From contig CBDASZ010000001.1 in NCBI GenBank assembly GCA_965199755.1, forward strand, positions 160,001 through 224,000: DNA of 64,000 nt, in the 5' to 3' direction. The notes under the pieces are model-generated. The model did not search any database, had not been told where the DNA came from, and saw only the letters and a list, made by a program, of their open reading frames with translations. Both the position numbers and the translations under genes were made by a program. Below are positions 1-11,724 of the stretch, piece after piece. Each line of letters begins with the position of its first letter. Position 1 is the stretch's first letter. The stretch comes from an uncultured candidatus Porisulfidus sp. GTDB lineage: Bacteria > Pseudomonadota > Gammaproteobacteria > Poriferisulfidales > Poriferisulfidaceae.

Positions 1-2
1 CG

Positions 3-671
3 GTCAGCGCAGACGCGCAGCAGCTCGTGCAGTTCTGGTTCGCTCAGGCGCTGCGCGTGATGAATGTCACCGTACACATTCACGGCGAATGGCGTGGCGC
101 GCCGCGGCTGGTTGCTTGCAACCATATTTCCTGGCTGGATATTCTGGTGCTGGGTTCCGCCATGCCGGTCGTGTTTTTATCCAAAGAGGAAGTCAACCAT
201 TGGCCGGTTATTCGCCGCCTGGCGCATGCGGGCGGCACCCTGTTCATCAAGCGCGGCACCTCAGGAGCCGTGCGACACAGCATTGAAGAAATTGCCCGTG
301 CGGCCAACCGCGGCCAAAGTGTGCTGGTCTTCCCTGAGGGAACCACCGGTGAAGGAGATCAGGTCATGCACTATCACCCGCGCCTGTTCGCCGCGGCCAT
401 CGAACAGAATATTCCTGTGCAGCCCGTCGCCCTGCAGTACCCGCATCAAGCAGGCATCAACCCTGCGGTTCCTTATACTGGGAATACCTGGCTCATCACC
501 AGTCTGTGGCGCATTCTTTCATGCGTGGAGATCCACGCCGAAGTGCACATCGGAGAAGAAATAGACCCCGGTCAGATGGAGCGCCGTGAGCTGGCCAGTC
601 GGGCCCGCGCCTTCACAGCGCGAGCCATAAAAGAAGAACAGGAGCGTCCGTGGCTCCCGGAGTCCGGTTAG
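3..671 (+). CDS. 1-acyl-sn-glycerol-3-phosphate / lysophospholipid acyltransferase (PlsC family), 5'-truncated by the window edge
   Basis: NHISWLD (HX4D) and FPEGT motifs; frame is open back to base 3. Confidence 0.85.
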   Translation, partial: VSADAQQLVQFWFAQALRVMNVTVHIHGEWRGAPRLVACNHISWLDILVLGSAMPVVFLSKEEVNHWPVIRRLAHAGGTLFIKRGTSGAVRHSIEEIARAANRGQSVLVFPEGTTGEGDQVMHYHPRLFAAAIEQNIPVQPVALQYPHQAGINPAVPYTGNTWLITSLWRILSCVEIHAEVHIGEEIDPGQMERRELASRARAFTARAIKEEQERPWLPESG

Positions 672-678
672 AAAAGTT

Positions 679-939
679 TTAGAGCGCTTTGATGCGCGCG
701 TTCAGACGGCTTTTCTGACGCGCCGCCTTGTTCCGATGAGTCAGTCCGCGGTTGACCGCGCTATCAATTATCGGAATGGCCTTGTTGAATGCTTCCTGCG
801 CCGCCTCGCGCGCACCGTCGTCGATCTGTTTAACCACAGCCTTGACGTACGTGCGATAGCGTGACGCGAGCGCGACATTGTGGGACCGACGGGTAATTTC
901 CTGCCGGGCACGCTTGCGGGATTGTGCTGAATTGGCCAT
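679..939 (-). CDS. rpsT: 30S ribosomal protein S20
   Basis: MANSAQSRKRARQ...HRNKAARQKSRL; start moved to the ATG at 939. Confidence 0.96.
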   Translation of the reverse strand: MANSAQSRKRARQEITRRSHNVALASRYRTYVKAVVKQIDDGAREAAQEAFNKAIPIIDSAVNRGLTHRNKAARQKSRLNARIKAL

Positions 940-966
940 AAGGCGGCGCATTATATACGATGCGCG

Positions 967-2394
967 CTATCCTCCGAGCAAATACAGCGACGCCGCGGCG
1001 CGGCTCATCTCCAGCCAGCCTTGCGGAAACACGAAAAGCACCACCAGCGCCAGCGCGTTCGCACCGAGCAATATCTGATAACCCTTGTCCAACGTCACCT
1101 CAAGCGGCTCTTCCGCTTCCTCGAAGTACATATAGCGGATGATGCGCAGGTAGTAGTAGGCTCCGACCACCGCCAGCACCACCGCGATCACCGCCAGCCA
1201 CCATAAATCTACCGCCACCACGGCCTGCAGAACATACAGTTTGGCGGTGAATCCGGCCGTCAGCGGCACACCCGCCATGGACAGCATCAGAATCAGCACC
1301 ATGAATGCCAACGCGGGGTGCGAGCGGCCCAACCCGCGAAAGTCGCGAATATCCTCAATCGGTTTTCGTGCGCCCAGCAAAAGCAGCACCCCAAAAGCGC
1401 CCAACGCCATAACCGCGTAGATTGTGGTGTAGAAAATCGCGGCGCTCAGCCCCCGCGGCGATGCCGTGCACAGCGCGAGGAAGATAAACCCGGCGTGCGC
1501 AATGGCGGAATACGCCAGCATTCGTCTGATCCGTGTTTGCATGATCGCGACCAGATTGCCCAGCGCCATCGACAGCACCGCCATCACCATCAAAAACCCG
1601 GCCCATTGCGATGCCAACGATGCCAGCGCCCCGCCGAGCAGCGCCAGCAGAAACAGTAGCCCGGCAATCTTCGGTGCCGCAGAGATATACGTCACCGCTG
1701 GCACCGAGGTGCCGTCGTAGACATCCGGCAGCCACATATGAAACGGCACTGCGCCGAACTTAAAGGCCAGACCCGCCAGCACGAAGATCAGACCGAGCAG
1801 CGTTAGTTGATTAATTTCATCCTGCGCCAAAGCCACATGCAGGTCATGCAGGTGCAGGCTGCCGGTCGCGGCGTACAGCAATGAGACCCCGTACAGCAAA
1901 AATCCCGCGGCCAGCGCGCCGAGCACAAAATACTTGACCGCCGCCTCCGCGGCGCGGCCATCCGCGCGCTGCATGGCGACCATCGGATACAGCGACAGTG
2001 ACAGCAACTCCAGCCCCAGGTACAGCGGGATCGCATGCTGCGCGCCACTCATCAGAAACATCCCGACGCACGCGAACAGCGCCAACACATAAAACTCAAC
2101 CGTACGCAATCGCTCCGCGTTGGTCGCGAACGCGCGGGCATAGACCAGCGCCAGCAGACTGAGCCCAACAATCAACAGTCGCAACATATCCAGTTCCGCG
2201 GCGCGTCGAAACGCGCGGCTCATAATCTCCACCGGCGCGTCCGGGACACTCACCGCGATCGCCAACATCGCGCCAGCACAACTCAGCACAGTCACCGGCC
2301 ACGCCCAGGCACGCGGACACAACAGCAGCACGCACGCACCGCTCAACAGCACGATCTCCGGCAGCAGCAAGAACAGCTCCTGCGCAACACTCAT
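967..2394 (-). CDS. nuoN: NADH-quinone oxidoreductase subunit N
   Basis: EAAVKYFVLG, FKFGAVPFHMWLPDVYDG, RRMLAYSAIAH; last gene of the nuo operon. Confidence 0.96.
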   Translation of the reverse strand: MSVAQELFLLLPEIVLLSGACVLLLCPRAWAWPVTVLSCAGAMLAIAVSVPDAPVEIMSRAFRRAAELDMLRLLIVGLSLLALVYARAFATNAERLRTVEFYVLALFACVGMFLMSGAQHAIPLYLGLELLSLSLYPMVAMQRADGRAAEAAVKYFVLGALAAGFLLYGVSLLYAATGSLHLHDLHVALAQDEINQLTLLGLIFVLAGLAFKFGAVPFHMWLPDVYDGTSVPAVTYISAAPKIAGLLFLLALLGGALASLASQWAGFLMVMAVLSMALGNLVAIMQTRIRRMLAYSAIAHAGFIFLALCTASPRGLSAAIFYTTIYAVMALGAFGVLLLLGARKPIEDIRDFRGLGRSHPALAFMVLILMLSMAGVPLTAGFTAKLYVLQAVVAVDLWWLAVIAVVLAVVGAYYYLRIIRYMYFEEAEEPLEVTLDKGYQILLGANALALVVLFVFPQGWLEMSRAAASLYLLGG

Positions 2395-3878
2395 AACTGG
2401 CTCTCCGCCTTGAAGTGTCTGGCCTGATCCACCAGTTCGGCGACCGACGGCTCCATCAGTTCAATCAACGGTGCCGGCCACAGGCCCAATCCCAGCACAG
2501 GCAGCGCCAACGCCGCCAGCAGCACAAACTCACGCCCGGACACGTCCGAGAATGCCTGCACTTCGGCGTGCTTCGCCTCACCGAACACCACCCGGCGCAC
2601 CAGCCACAGCGAATAAGCCGCGCCCAGCACCAGCACCATCGCCGCCAACGCCGCCAGCCACCACTGCGCCTGAAACGCAGCCAGAATCACCATTAACTCG
2701 CCCACAAATCCCGACGTGCCGGGCAGGCCGGCGTTGGCCAGCGCGAAGAACACGAACAGCCCGCCGAAGATCGGCATGCTCACCAGCACGCCTCCGTAAT
2801 CCTCGATCTTGCGACTGTGCCGCCGGTCGTAAAGGATGCCCACGCAGGCGAACAGCGCGGCCGACACCAGTCCGTGCGACAGCATCTGCACCATCGCTCC
2901 GCTCACGCCCAGCATCGCACCCTCCACACTCAAGCGATATATCAGAAACAATCCCAGTGTGACGAATCCCATGTGCGCGATGGAGGAATAGGCGATGAGT
3001 TTCTTCATATCAGTTTGCGCCAGCGCCACGAAGCCGATGTACACCACCGCGACCAAAGACAGGGCGATCACCAGCGTGTCAAAAAGCAGTGAGGCATCCG
3101 GCGCGATCGGTAGACAGAAACGCAATAGTCCGTAGCCGCCGACCTTCAACAGCACGGCCGCCAGCACCACCGAGCCGGCCGCGGGTGCCTCCACGTGCGC
3201 GTCCGGCAGCCACGTATGCACCGGCCACATCGGCACCTTGACCGCAAAGCCGATCAAAAAGGCCAGAAACAGCCAGTGCTGCTCCAACGCGGTCAGCGTC
3301 CAGTTCTGCCAGTCGCGAATCTCAAAACTGCCGGAATCCAGGTACAGATAGACCATTGCCACCAGCATGAGCACGGAGCCCAGAAAGGTATACAGGAAGA
3401 ACTTGACCGCTGCGTAAATCCGGTTGTCCGAACCCCACACGCCGATGATCAGAAACATCGGAATCAGCATCGCCTCGAAAAATATGTAGAACAGCGCCGC
3501 GTCCATCGCGCTGAACGTGCCGATCAGAAAGCCCTCGAGAATCAGAAACGCGGCGAGGAATTGCCGCTGGCGATCAATCAGCGACAGCCGCCCGGTGATC
3601 ACCGCGAGCAGGCCGATAAATGCAGTCAGCACGATCAGCGGCAGGGCCAGCCCGTCGACGCCGATGTAGTAATAAATATCAAACGCTGGAATCCACAGCG
3701 CGCGGCTCTGCCACTGGAAGCCGCCATACGGGTCGAACTGTCCCAGCATCAGCAGCGACACAGCGAGCACCGTCGTACTGATTACGACTGCCCAGCCGCG
3801 CGCCGTGGAAGGCGGCAGCAGCAACACGCCGATGCCACCGAGCACCGGCAGCCAAATCAGCAGATTGAGCGAGTTCAT
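2391..3878 (-). CDS. nuoM: NADH-quinone oxidoreductase subunit M
   Basis: VKVPMWPVHTWLPDAHVEAP, KKLIAYSSIAH; start MNSLNLL overlaps the nuoL stop. Confidence 0.96.
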   Translation of the reverse strand: MNSLNLLIWLPVLGGIGVLLLPPSTARGWAVVISTTVLAVSLLMLGQFDPYGGFQWQSRALWIPAFDIYYYIGVDGLALPLIVLTAFIGLLAVITGRLSLIDRQRQFLAAFLILEGFLIGTFSAMDAALFYIFFEAMLIPMFLIIGVWGSDNRIYAAVKFFLYTFLGSVLMLVAMVYLYLDSGSFEIRDWQNWTLTALEQHWLFLAFLIGFAVKVPMWPVHTWLPDAHVEAPAAGSVVLAAVLLKVGGYGLLRFCLPIAPDASLLFDTLVIALSLVAVVYIGFVALAQTDMKKLIAYSSIAHMGFVTLGLFLIYRLSVEGAMLGVSGAMVQMLSHGLVSAALFACVGILYDRRHSRKIEDYGGVLVSMPIFGGLFVFFALANAGLPGTSGFVGELMVILAAFQAQWWLAALAAMVLVLGAAYSLWLVRRVVFGEAKHAEVQAFSDVSGREFVLLAALALPVLGLGLWPAPLIELMEPSVAELVDQARHFKAESQL

Positions 3879-5779
3879 AACACGCTCCCCCACCACAGCA
3901 GATAGCCCAGTGCCGCCACCAGACCCAACAGCATGGCCAGCGCATAATGCCCGACCAGCCCGCTTTGCAACACACGCAGCCGTTCACCCGCCGCACGCGC
4001 GGCGCGCGCCGCGCCGCCCACCATCGCACCATCAATCAGGCGCACATCACCAACCTGCGCCATGAATTGTGCAAGCCGCAAGCCAGCACCGACCACAATC
4101 TGCTCATAAAACACATCAAAGCCGTATTTCTGCTCCAGCACCCGACGCCACAGCGGCGGCTCAGTGGGTGGCTCGCTGAGTTTCCGCACACGGCGCGGAT
4201 AAACGATCATGCCAACGATGACCGCCACGCCCAATATCACCAGTGCAAGCCACGGGATTTCGTGCGGCATCGTCGCCAGCACATCGTGCTGCGGTAGCAC
4301 GTGAATCGCATCATCCAGCAAGCCGTCGTAAAGAAAGCCCTCGCTCATCAGCGGCGACAGCAGTGTCAGCAGCGCCAGCGCCAGCAATGGGAATTTCACG
4401 CTCCAGCCGCTTTCGCTTGCGTGCTCGGCCTCAGGCGATCGCGCCTCGCCAAAAAACACGTAATAGCCCAGACGCAGCGAGTACAACACGGTAATCGCCA
4501 CGCCGATCAGCGCCATGACATAGCCGACGGGGGCCATGGCCATTTCTGAATGGTTCAGCGCGAGAATGATCGCATCTTTCGAGTAGAACCCGGAGAAGCC
4601 CGGAATTCCCATTAACGCCAAGGTGCCCACCGCGAAGATGACCCCGGTCACGCGCAGCCGCTTGCCGAGGCCGCCCATCTTGCGGATGTCCTGTTCGTGG
4701 TGCATGGCCAGAATCACGGCACCCGCGCCTAGGAACAGCAAGGCCTTGAAGAAGGCGTGCGTAAACAAATGGAAGATGCCGGCGGCGTAGGCCGACACGC
4801 CGAGCGCCATGGTCATGTAGCCCAGCTGCGACAAGGTGGAATAGGCGATGACCCGTTTGATGTCGTAGGAGACCAGACCGAGTAGACCCATAAACAGCGC
4901 CGTCACCCCGCCGACCAGCACGATCATGTTGAGCACCATCTCGCTACCTTCGAACAGCGGCGACAGCCGCGCCACCATGAAAATACCCGCCGTCACCATG
5001 GTCGCGGCATGAATCATCGCGGAAATAGGCGTCGGCCCTTCCATGGAATCCGGCAGCCAAACATGCAGCGGCACCTGAGCGGACTTGCCCATCGCGCCGA
5101 TAAACAAAAGCAGGCAGGCCATGCCAAGCAGGGAGGCCTCGCCAATCGGGGCCGGGGTTTGCGCGAGAATCCCGGTATGAGCGAACACCGTGGCGTAATC
5201 CAGACTGCCGACTCCGGCCAGCAACGCGCCCATCCCCAGCAGGAAGCCGAAATCTCCCACGCGGTTAATCAGAAACGCCTTGAGGCCGGCAGCGGCCGCG
5301 CGCGGACGCGTGAACCAGAAGCCGATCAGCAGATACGACACCAGCCCGACCCCTTCCCAGCCCAAAAACAGCAGCAGGAAGTTGTCCGCCATCACCAAAA
5401 GCAGCATGGCGAACGTAAATAGCGACAGGTAGCAGAAGAAACGGACATAGCCGGGATCACCGTGCATGTAGCCGATACTGTAGATGTGGATCAGCAGCGA
5501 CACCGAGCTCACCACGACCATCATCAAAATGCTGAGCGAATCAAGCAAAAACGCGATGTCCAGACCCAAGCCCGGCGGCCCCCACTGATACAGCACGAAG
5601 GACTGCGGCTCGGTGTATTGCCGGGCCAGCGCGATGCTGGCTGCGGTGGCGATCGCCACGCCGGTGATGGTAATCACGCTGGCCGCACGCGGGCTCAACA
5701 CGCGCACGCCAAGCCCGGCGATTACCGCGCCTGCCGCAACCGCGGCGAGGCAAAGCAGGGCCAGAGAGGGCGCGTCCAT
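3875..5779 (-). CDS. nuoL: NADH-quinone oxidoreductase subunit L
   Basis: GKSAQVPLHVWLPDSMEGPTP, THAFFKALLFL. Confidence 0.97.
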   Translation of the reverse strand: MDAPSLALLCLAAVAAGAVIAGLGVRVLSPRAASVITITGVAIATAASIALARQYTEPQSFVLYQWGPPGLGLDIAFLLDSLSILMMVVVSSVSLLIHIYSIGYMHGDPGYVRFFCYLSLFTFAMLLLVMADNFLLLFLGWEGVGLVSYLLIGFWFTRPRAAAAGLKAFLINRVGDFGFLLGMGALLAGVGSLDYATVFAHTGILAQTPAPIGEASLLGMACLLLFIGAMGKSAQVPLHVWLPDSMEGPTPISAMIHAATMVTAGIFMVARLSPLFEGSEMVLNMIVLVGGVTALFMGLLGLVSYDIKRVIAYSTLSQLGYMTMALGVSAYAAGIFHLFTHAFFKALLFLGAGAVILAMHHEQDIRKMGGLGKRLRVTGVIFAVGTLALMGIPGFSGFYSKDAIILALNHSEMAMAPVGYVMALIGVAITVLYSLRLGYYVFFGEARSPEAEHASESGWSVKFPLLALALLTLLSPLMSEGFLYDGLLDDAIHVLPQHDVLATMPHEIPWLALVILGVAVIVGMIVYPRRVRKLSEPPTEPPLWRRVLEQKYGFDVFYEQIVVGAGLRLAQFMAQVGDVRLIDGAMVGGAARAARAAGERLRVLQSGLVGHYALAMLLGLVAALGYLLWWGSVL

Positions 5780-6085
5780 TTAGTCTCGCAACTCCCGCAA
5801 CTGCTCGGTGTCGATGGTGGCGCGAGAGCGAAACACCACCACCACGATGGCGAGGCCAATGGCGATTTCGGCCGCCGCGATGGTCAGCACAAACAAGGCG
5901 AACACCTGTCCGCCAAGATCCTGCAGATAGTGCGAGGCAGCAATCAAATTGGTGTTGACCGCCAGCAGCATCAGCTCCAGCGACATCAGCAGCACCAGCA
6001 CATGGCGGCGGTTGACGAACACGCCCGCGACGCCGATCGCGAACAGCGCGCCGGACAGCAGCAGAAAGTGCGCGTGGCTCAACAT
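5780..6085 (-). CDS. nuoK: NADH-quinone oxidoreductase subunit K
   Basis: [19 protein letters not shown]; 101 aa hydrophobic protein. Confidence 0.96.
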   Translation of the reverse strand: MLSHAHFLLLSGALFAIGVAGVFVNRRHVLVLLMSLELMLLAVNTNLIAASHYLQDLGGQVFALFVLTIAAAEIAIGLAIVVVVFRSRATIDTEQLRELRD

Positions 6086-6663
6086 GGCGGCTCCGTGCGC
6101 CCGTCGGTCATCCGCAAACGGTCCTCCTTGCGCGCCTGAATCTGGCGGGACGGGGTTTGTCGGTGCTGGTTGCCGCGCTCGCGCAAGGTCAGCGCGATCG
6201 CCCCGACAATGGCGATCAGCAAGGCGACCGCGGCTGCCTCAAACGCGAGCGCGTACTCGGTGTAGATCACCGCACCGAGCGCCTGGGTATTGCTGCCCAC
6301 CTCCAGCGGCGCGACCGTCGGCGTCTGTGGTGCCGTACCAAGCACGGCGAGCAATTCCGCCACCATCAGCAAAGCGACCGCGATGGCCGCGAATCGGAAC
6401 GAGCCGCGTTGCGGCGTCGGCGCTTCGCGCTCCACCATCATCACCACGAACAAAAACAGCACCAGCACCGCGCCGATGTACACCAGCACCAGCAGGATCG
6501 ACAAAAACTCCGCATGCAGCAGCATCCACAGCATGGCGGCCGTGAAGAAACTCAAAATCAGACACAGCGCGGCGCGCACCATGCAGCGCAAGGTAACGGT
6601 GGCGGTGGCCGCCGCAAGCAACACCGCGCCCAGCGTGTAGAACAGCAGGGTCTGAAATCCCAT
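6079..6663 (-). CDS. nuoJ: NADH-quinone oxidoreductase subunit J
   Basis: [24 protein letters not shown]; start MGFQTLL at 6663. Confidence 0.95.
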   Translation of the reverse strand: MGFQTLLFYTLGAVLLAAATATVTLRCMVRAALCLILSFFTAAMLWMLLHAEFLSILLVLVYIGAVLVLFLFVVMMVEREAPTPQRGSFRFAAIAVALLMVAELLAVLGTAPQTPTVAPLEVGSNTQALGAVIYTEYALAFEAAAVALLIAIVGAIALTLRERGNQHRQTPSRQIQARKEDRLRMTDGRTEPPC

Positions 6664-6667
6664 CGGG

Positions 6668-7153
6668 CTAGCTGGCGTCCTGACTCCGGTGCTCGGCGAT
6701 GCGCTTCTCAAAGCGATCACCGATGCGCAGCAGGTCCTGCTTGGTCATGATCTGATCACCGGCATGCTCGAAATGGAACTCGTGAATGTCCGTCTCCACA
6801 ATGGCATCCACCGGACACGCCTCTTCGCAAAAGCCGCAGTACACGCACTTGAACAAGTCAATGTCGTAGCGGGTGGTGCGCCGCGTGCCGTCACCGCGTT
6901 CCTTCGATTCGATCGTGATCGCCAAGGCCGGACACACTGCTTCACACAACTTGCAGGCGATGCAGCGCTCCTCGCCGTCAGGATAGCGGCGCAGGGCGTG
7001 TAGGCCGCGAAAGCGCGGCGACTTCGGCGTGGTCTCATCCGGGTAGCGCAGCGTGACGTTGGGGGACAGCATACGCCGCACGGTCACACGCAGCCCGCGC
7101 AGCAGATCCATCAGGCTCAGGCTTCGCAGCAGGTAGCGGATATTGCCCTTCAT
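6668..7153 (-). CDS. nuoI: NADH-quinone oxidoreductase subunit I
   Basis: two CxxCxxCxxxCP ferredoxin motifs ([24 protein letters not shown]); start MKGNIRY. Confidence 0.97.
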   Translation of the reverse strand: MKGNIRYLLRSLSLMDLLRGLRVTVRRMLSPNVTLRYPDETTPKSPRFRGLHALRRYPDGEERCIACKLCEAVCPALAITIESKERGDGTRRTTRYDIDLFKCVYCGFCEEACPVDAIVETDIHEFHFEHAGDQIMTKQDLLRIGDRFEKRIAEHRSQDAS

Positions 7154-8187
7154 GCCATGCCTGCCGTGAAGTGACGCGCCACCCCCAGCACGAAAATCCA
7201 GATCAAGGTCACCGGAATGAACGCCTTCCAGCCCAACCGCATGATCTGATCGTAGCGATAGCGCGGGAAGGTGGCCCGAAACCAGACAAAGCAGTACATG
7301 AAGAAAGCGGTTTTCAGCAGCCACCAGTGAATGCCGGAATCCAGAAGCGGCACCCACTGCGCCAACGCCGTGCCCTCAAACGGCGACAGCCAGCCGCCGA
7401 AGAACAAAATCGCAGTCAGCGCCGACACCAGAATCATGGCCGAATACTCGGCCAGAAAGAACATTGCGAAACCCGCGCCGGAGTACTCCACATGAAAGCC
7501 CGCAACCAACTCGGACTCACCCTCCACCACATCAAACGGCGCGCGGTTGGTCTCGGCCACGCCGGAGACCAGATAGACCACAAACAGCGGCAGCAGCGGC
7601 AGGAAGAACCAATCCAGCACGCCGCCGGACTGCGCCATCACGATGGCGGACAAATTCAGGCTGCCGGACAGCATCAGCACGCCCACCAGCGCAAACCCCA
7701 TGGCGATCTCGTAGGACACCACCTGCGCCGCCTGACGCATCGCGCCGAGCAGCGCGTAGCGCGAATTGGAGGCCCAGCCGGCGATGATGATGCCGTAGGC
7801 ACCCAGCGAGGTCAGCGCCAGCACGTACAAGAGGCCGGCATCGATATTCGCCAGCCACACGCCTTCGGCGAACGGCACCACCGCCCACGCGCCCAGCGCC
7901 GGCACCAGCGCCGCCAGCGGTGCCAGATAAAACAGTCCGCGACTCGCCTCACGCGGCTGCACCATCTCTTTGGTCAGCAACTTGAAGACATCCGCAATCG
8001 GCTGCAGCAGACCGCTTGGGCCGACTCGCGTCGGGCCCAGACGCATCTGGATGAAGGCCACCACCTTGCGCTCCGCGTAGGTGTAGTACGCGACCGTGAC
8101 GAACAGCGGCACCAGAATGAACACCGCGGTGACCCCAATCTCCATCACCCGAAACCAGACCTCAACGTCCTGAATCCACTCAAACAT
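7150..8187 (-). CDS. nuoH: NADH-quinone oxidoreductase subunit H
   Basis: [43 protein letters not shown]. Confidence 0.97.
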   Translation of the reverse strand: MFEWIQDVEVWFRVMEIGVTAVFILVPLFVTVAYYTYAERKVVAFIQMRLGPTRVGPSGLLQPIADVFKLLTKEMVQPREASRGLFYLAPLAALVPALGAWAVVPFAEGVWLANIDAGLLYVLALTSLGAYGIIIAGWASNSRYALLGAMRQAAQVVSYEIAMGFALVGVLMLSGSLNLSAIVMAQSGGVLDWFFLPLLPLFVVYLVSGVAETNRAPFDVVEGESELVAGFHVEYSGAGFAMFFLAEYSAMILVSALTAILFFGGWLSPFEGTALAQWVPLLDSGIHWWLLKTAFFMYCFVWFRATFPRYRYDQIMRLGWKAFIPVTLIWIFVLGVARHFTAGMA

Positions 8188-10447
8188 AACTCAGCCTCAC
8201 CAATCCCACGGCCGCGCCCAATTCCGCCAGCCGCGCATCTCCGCTTGGCAGGTGCACGCAATCCTCCGGCATGCTCTCATCCACGCAAATATCCACGATA
8301 TGACTGGCTCCGTCTTGAAACAATCGCACTTGCGTCGCATCCATTGGAATGCCGTGGGTCTTAAGCGCTTGCGGGTGTAGTCGCGCCACCAGCGTGCGCG
8401 CCTGTTCGGTCTGTTGCAACGCATGCGCATGGCGCACCACGGCGTCTTGCTGATACAGCGAGGGGGTCCCGAAGCGCAGCAAGCCGTGTTGCGGCACCCG
8501 GCAGTCAGCCAGATAGGTCAATGACGGCAGCGTCGGCGCGCGCGGCGCAATCAGGCCGCGCAGGTGCGGGATCAACTGGTCGCGCCGCACATCCAAAACC
8601 GCGCCCGCGGCATCCGCCAGCGCTTCCAGCGCGTCCACGCCGCAGCGCACCTCACCCGGCGGCGCAACCGCCGCCTCCATGGCTTGCCAGCGTTCTTCCA
8701 GATTGATCAGATGACCGCTGCGCTCACCCACCGTCGCGATCGGGAACAGCAAGTCATGCAGCGTCTCTTCCTCTTCCGGCAAGAACGATTGAAAGCCAAT
8801 CACCTGCTTCGCGGCGCGCAGCGCCTGACACAGCCGCTGTGGGTCATTCACATCGCAGCACGGGTCCACGCCGTATAAAAACCAGGTCTCCGGCGGCGTC
8901 TCAAGCGCCTCACTGAGGCTGGTGCCGCTCACTGGTTTGCCGCCCGCATAGCGATCCGCCACACAACCGCTCAGCCAGGCCCCGGGGGCGTTGGCACCTT
9001 CCGGTAGCATGCCCAGCGTGGCCCCGGTGCGGTTGCACAACTCCAGCACCTTGCTGTAGAGCAGGCTGGCGTCTGGATAATTGAGCGCCAGCGGGCCCAG
9101 CCAGACCACCGGCCGCTCCGCGGAGCGCAAGCGCTGATGCAGCACCGTGCGCCGCTGCGGCGTCAGCCATTGCAGCCAGTCGCGTACCGACACCACGAGT
9201 TCCTGCGCCAGCGGGAAGTTCCAGTCGTACCCGCAGGGATTGAACGCCCAGACCTCGGTTCCCTGCTGCTGCGCCTTGCGCAGGCGGTGATTGATGATCG
9301 GCTGATCATGGCGCAGATAACTGCCGATCAGCACCACCAGATCGTGTTCAGCGAGCTGATCCAGCGTGCAGCCCAGCGACGGCATCTGCGGATACTGTTC
9401 GCCGTAGCGAAAATCGCTGGTGCGCAGACGATGCTCTACGGTGGTGGCGCGACGCGTGCGCAGCAACTGCTGAAAGCGGAAGCATTCCTCCACCGTAGCC
9501 GACGGGTGAATCAGTCCGGCCTTGTCGCCTGCGCCGTTCAGCCATTCCGCCGCCTTGAGCAGTGCCTCCTCCCAACTGATCGGAAACCACTTGCTGCCGT
9601 ATTTGATGTGCGGTTCGGTCAGCCGCTTCGGATGCTGCGCCGCCTGATAACTGAAGCGGTCGCGATCAGACAGCCAGGTCTCATTGATCGAGTCCTCATC
9701 GCGCGGCACACTGCGAACCTGATGGCCGTGCTGCACATGGCGCGTCAGATGCGAGCCGGCACCGTCGTGCTCGCCCAAACCGGGACGCGACACCAGATCC
9801 CAAGCGCGCGCGCGCATGCGCGAGGGCCGGGCGTTGAGCGCACCGACCGGGCACAGGTCAATCACGCAGCCGGACAATTCGGACTCCAGCGCCTTTTGGA
9901 TGTAGGTGCCGATCTTGACGAACTCGCCGCGCCCAAAGGCGCCGAGTTCCTGCTCGCCGGCGATCTCTTCGGTGAAGCGCACGCAGCGCGTGCAGTGAAT
10001 GCAGCGGGTCATGTCGGTGGACACCAGCGGCCCCAGATCCGGGTCCGGCACCACGCGGCGCGCTTCGGAGTAGCGCGAAATGTCGTCGCCGTAGCCGAGC
10101 GAGAGATCCTGCAATTCGCACTCACCGCCCTGATCGCAGATCGGACAATCCAGCGGGTGATTGATCAGCAGAAACTCCATGGTGCCGCGCTGCGACTCGC
10201 GCGCGAGTTCTGAATCCGTATGCACCTCCATGCCGTCCACCACCGGCGTCGCGCACGCCGCCACCGGCCCGCGCACGCCGGCCACTTCGACCAGACACAT
10301 GCGGCAGTTGGCCGCCACTGACAGCTTGCGGTGATAGCAAAAGCGCGGGATCGCCTCACCGGCACGATCCGCCACCGCGATCAGCATCTCGCCGGCCGTG
10401 GCCTCGACCTCGCGACCGTTCAATTTGAGGGTGATGGTCTTGCTCAT
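8180..10447 (-). CDS. nuoG: NADH-quinone oxidoreductase subunit G
   Basis: [39 protein letters not shown]. Confidence 0.97.
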   Translation of the reverse strand: MSKTITLKLNGREVEATAGEMLIAVADRAGEAIPRFCYHRKLSVAANCRMCLVEVAGVRGPVAACATPVVDGMEVHTDSELARESQRGTMEFLLINHPLDCPICDQGGECELQDLSLGYGDDISRYSEARRVVPDPDLGPLVSTDMTRCIHCTRCVRFTEEIAGEQELGAFGRGEFVKIGTYIQKALESELSGCVIDLCPVGALNARPSRMRARAWDLVSRPGLGEHDGAGSHLTRHVQHGHQVRSVPRDEDSINETWLSDRDRFSYQAAQHPKRLTEPHIKYGSKWFPISWEEALLKAAEWLNGAGDKAGLIHPSATVEECFRFQQLLRTRRATTVEHRLRTSDFRYGEQYPQMPSLGCTLDQLAEHDLVVLIGSYLRHDQPIINHRLRKAQQQGTEVWAFNPCGYDWNFPLAQELVVSVRDWLQWLTPQRRTVLHQRLRSAERPVVWLGPLALNYPDASLLYSKVLELCNRTGATLGMLPEGANAPGAWLSGCVADRYAGGKPVSGTSLSEALETPPETWFLYGVDPCCDVNDPQRLCQALRAAKQVIGFQSFLPEEEETLHDLLFPIATVGERSGHLINLEERWQAMEAAVAPPGEVRCGVDALEALADAAGAVLDVRRDQLIPHLRGLIAPRAPTLPSLTYLADCRVPQHGLLRFGTPSLYQQDAVVRHAHALQQTEQARTLVARLHPQALKTHGIPMDATQVRLFQDGASHIVDICVDESMPEDCVHLPSGDARLAELGAAVGLVRLSYV

Positions 10448-11724
10448 GCCGGTGCCACCATGCTTTTCTTGTGTTTGATGTAATACTCAAACTCGGCGCG
10501 AAAATGCTTCAGAAAACTCTGCACCGGCCAAGCCGCCGCCGCGCCCAGTGCGCAGATGGTATGACCGTCGATGCGCGCCGGCACCGTGTCGAGCACGGTC
10601 AGATCCTCTTCGGTGCCCTGCCCTTCAACGATGCGCGTCAATACCCGATACAGCCAGCCGGTGCCTTCCCGGCACGGCGTGCACTGGCCGCAGGACTCAT
10701 GGAAGTAGAAGCGCGAAATGCGTTGCAGCGCGCGCACCATGTCGGTGTGTTCGTCCATCACAATCACCGCGCCGGAACCGAGCAGCGAGCCGGCCGCCTC
10801 CAGACTCTCGAAATCCATCGTCAGCCCTTGCATCGCGGAGGCCGGCAGCACCGGCACCGACGAACCGCCGGGGATCACCGCCTTCAGCCGGCGTCCCTTC
10901 CAGACGCCGCCACATAACTCCAGCAGCGCGGCGAAGGGGATGCCGAGCGGCACTTCATGGTTGCCCGGCTGCGTGACATGACCGGACACGGAGAAGCATT
11001 TGGTGCCAGGGCTTTTCTCGGTGCCGAGTTGCGTGAAGGCTTCCGCGCCATCGCGCAGGATCTTCGGCACCAGCGCCAGACTTTCAACATTGTTGATGGT
11101 GGTCGGCTTGCCCCACAGCCCGTAGTTCGCCGGAAACGGCGGCTTGAAGCGCGGCAGGCCGGGCTTGCCTTCCAAAGACTCCAGAAGCGCGGTCTCCTCG
11201 CCGCAGATATAAGCGCCCGCGCCGAGCGTGTCGCGCAGTTCAACCGCAATGCCGCTGCCTTTGATGTTGGTGCCAAGGAACCCTTCCGTGTAGGCCTCCT
11301 GCAGCGCTTGCGCGAAGCGCTGATACGGCTCATCGCCAAACTCCTCACGCAAATAAATGTAGCCGGTACGCGCGCCGATCGCATAACAGCCGATCGCCAT
11401 GCCCTCAATCAGCGCGTGCGGATTGAAGCGCAGAATGTCGCGGTCCTTGCAGGTGCCCGGCTCGGACTCGTCCGCGTTGCATACCAAATAGCTTTCTTCC
11501 ACATCCGGCATGAAACTCCACTTCAGCCCGGTCGGAAATCCGGCACCGCCGCGCCCGCGCAAACCGGACGCCTTGACCTGTTCGATCACGCCGCGGCGCG
11601 GCGGGCGTTTCTTGAGAATATCGTGCCAAGCCTGATAGCCTCCGTGCTCCTGATAGGTCTGCAGCGACCACGGCGTGTCTTGTCCCATGGTGGCGAAGCA
11701 GTAGGTGTTGTGCGCTTCAGTCAT
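10444..11724 (-). CDS. nuoF: NADH-quinone oxidoreductase subunit F
   Basis: SGLRGRGGAGFPTG, GAGAYICGEET, ESCGQCTPCREG. Confidence 0.97.
   Translation of the reverse strand: MTEAHNTYCFATMGQDTPWSLQTYQEHGGYQAWHDILKKRPPRRGVIEQVKASGLRGRGGAGFPTGLKWSFMPDVEESYLVCNADESEPGTCKDRDILRFNPHALIEGMAIGCYAIGARTGYIYLREEFGDEPYQRFAQALQEAYTEGFLGTNIKGSGIAVELRDTLGAGAYICGEETALLESLEGKPGLPRFKPPFPANYGLWGKPTTINNVESLALVPKILRDGAEAFTQLGTEKSPGTKCFSVSGHVTQPGNHEVPLGIPFAALLELCGGVWKGRRLKAVIPGGSSVPVLPASAMQGLTMDFESLEAAGSLLGSGAVIVMDEHTDMVRALQRISRFYFHESCGQCTPCREGTGWLYRVLTRIVEGQGTEEDLTVLDTVPARIDGHTICALGAAAAWPVQSFLKHFRAEFEYYIKHKKSMVAPA

Noticed and set aside
7171-8364. Long antisense ORFs such as 7171-8364, 9137-10213, 37014-37904, 39685-40794 and 51437-52243
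   Set aside because: Shadow frames opposite well-supported genes in GC-rich DNA, with no recognisable motifs
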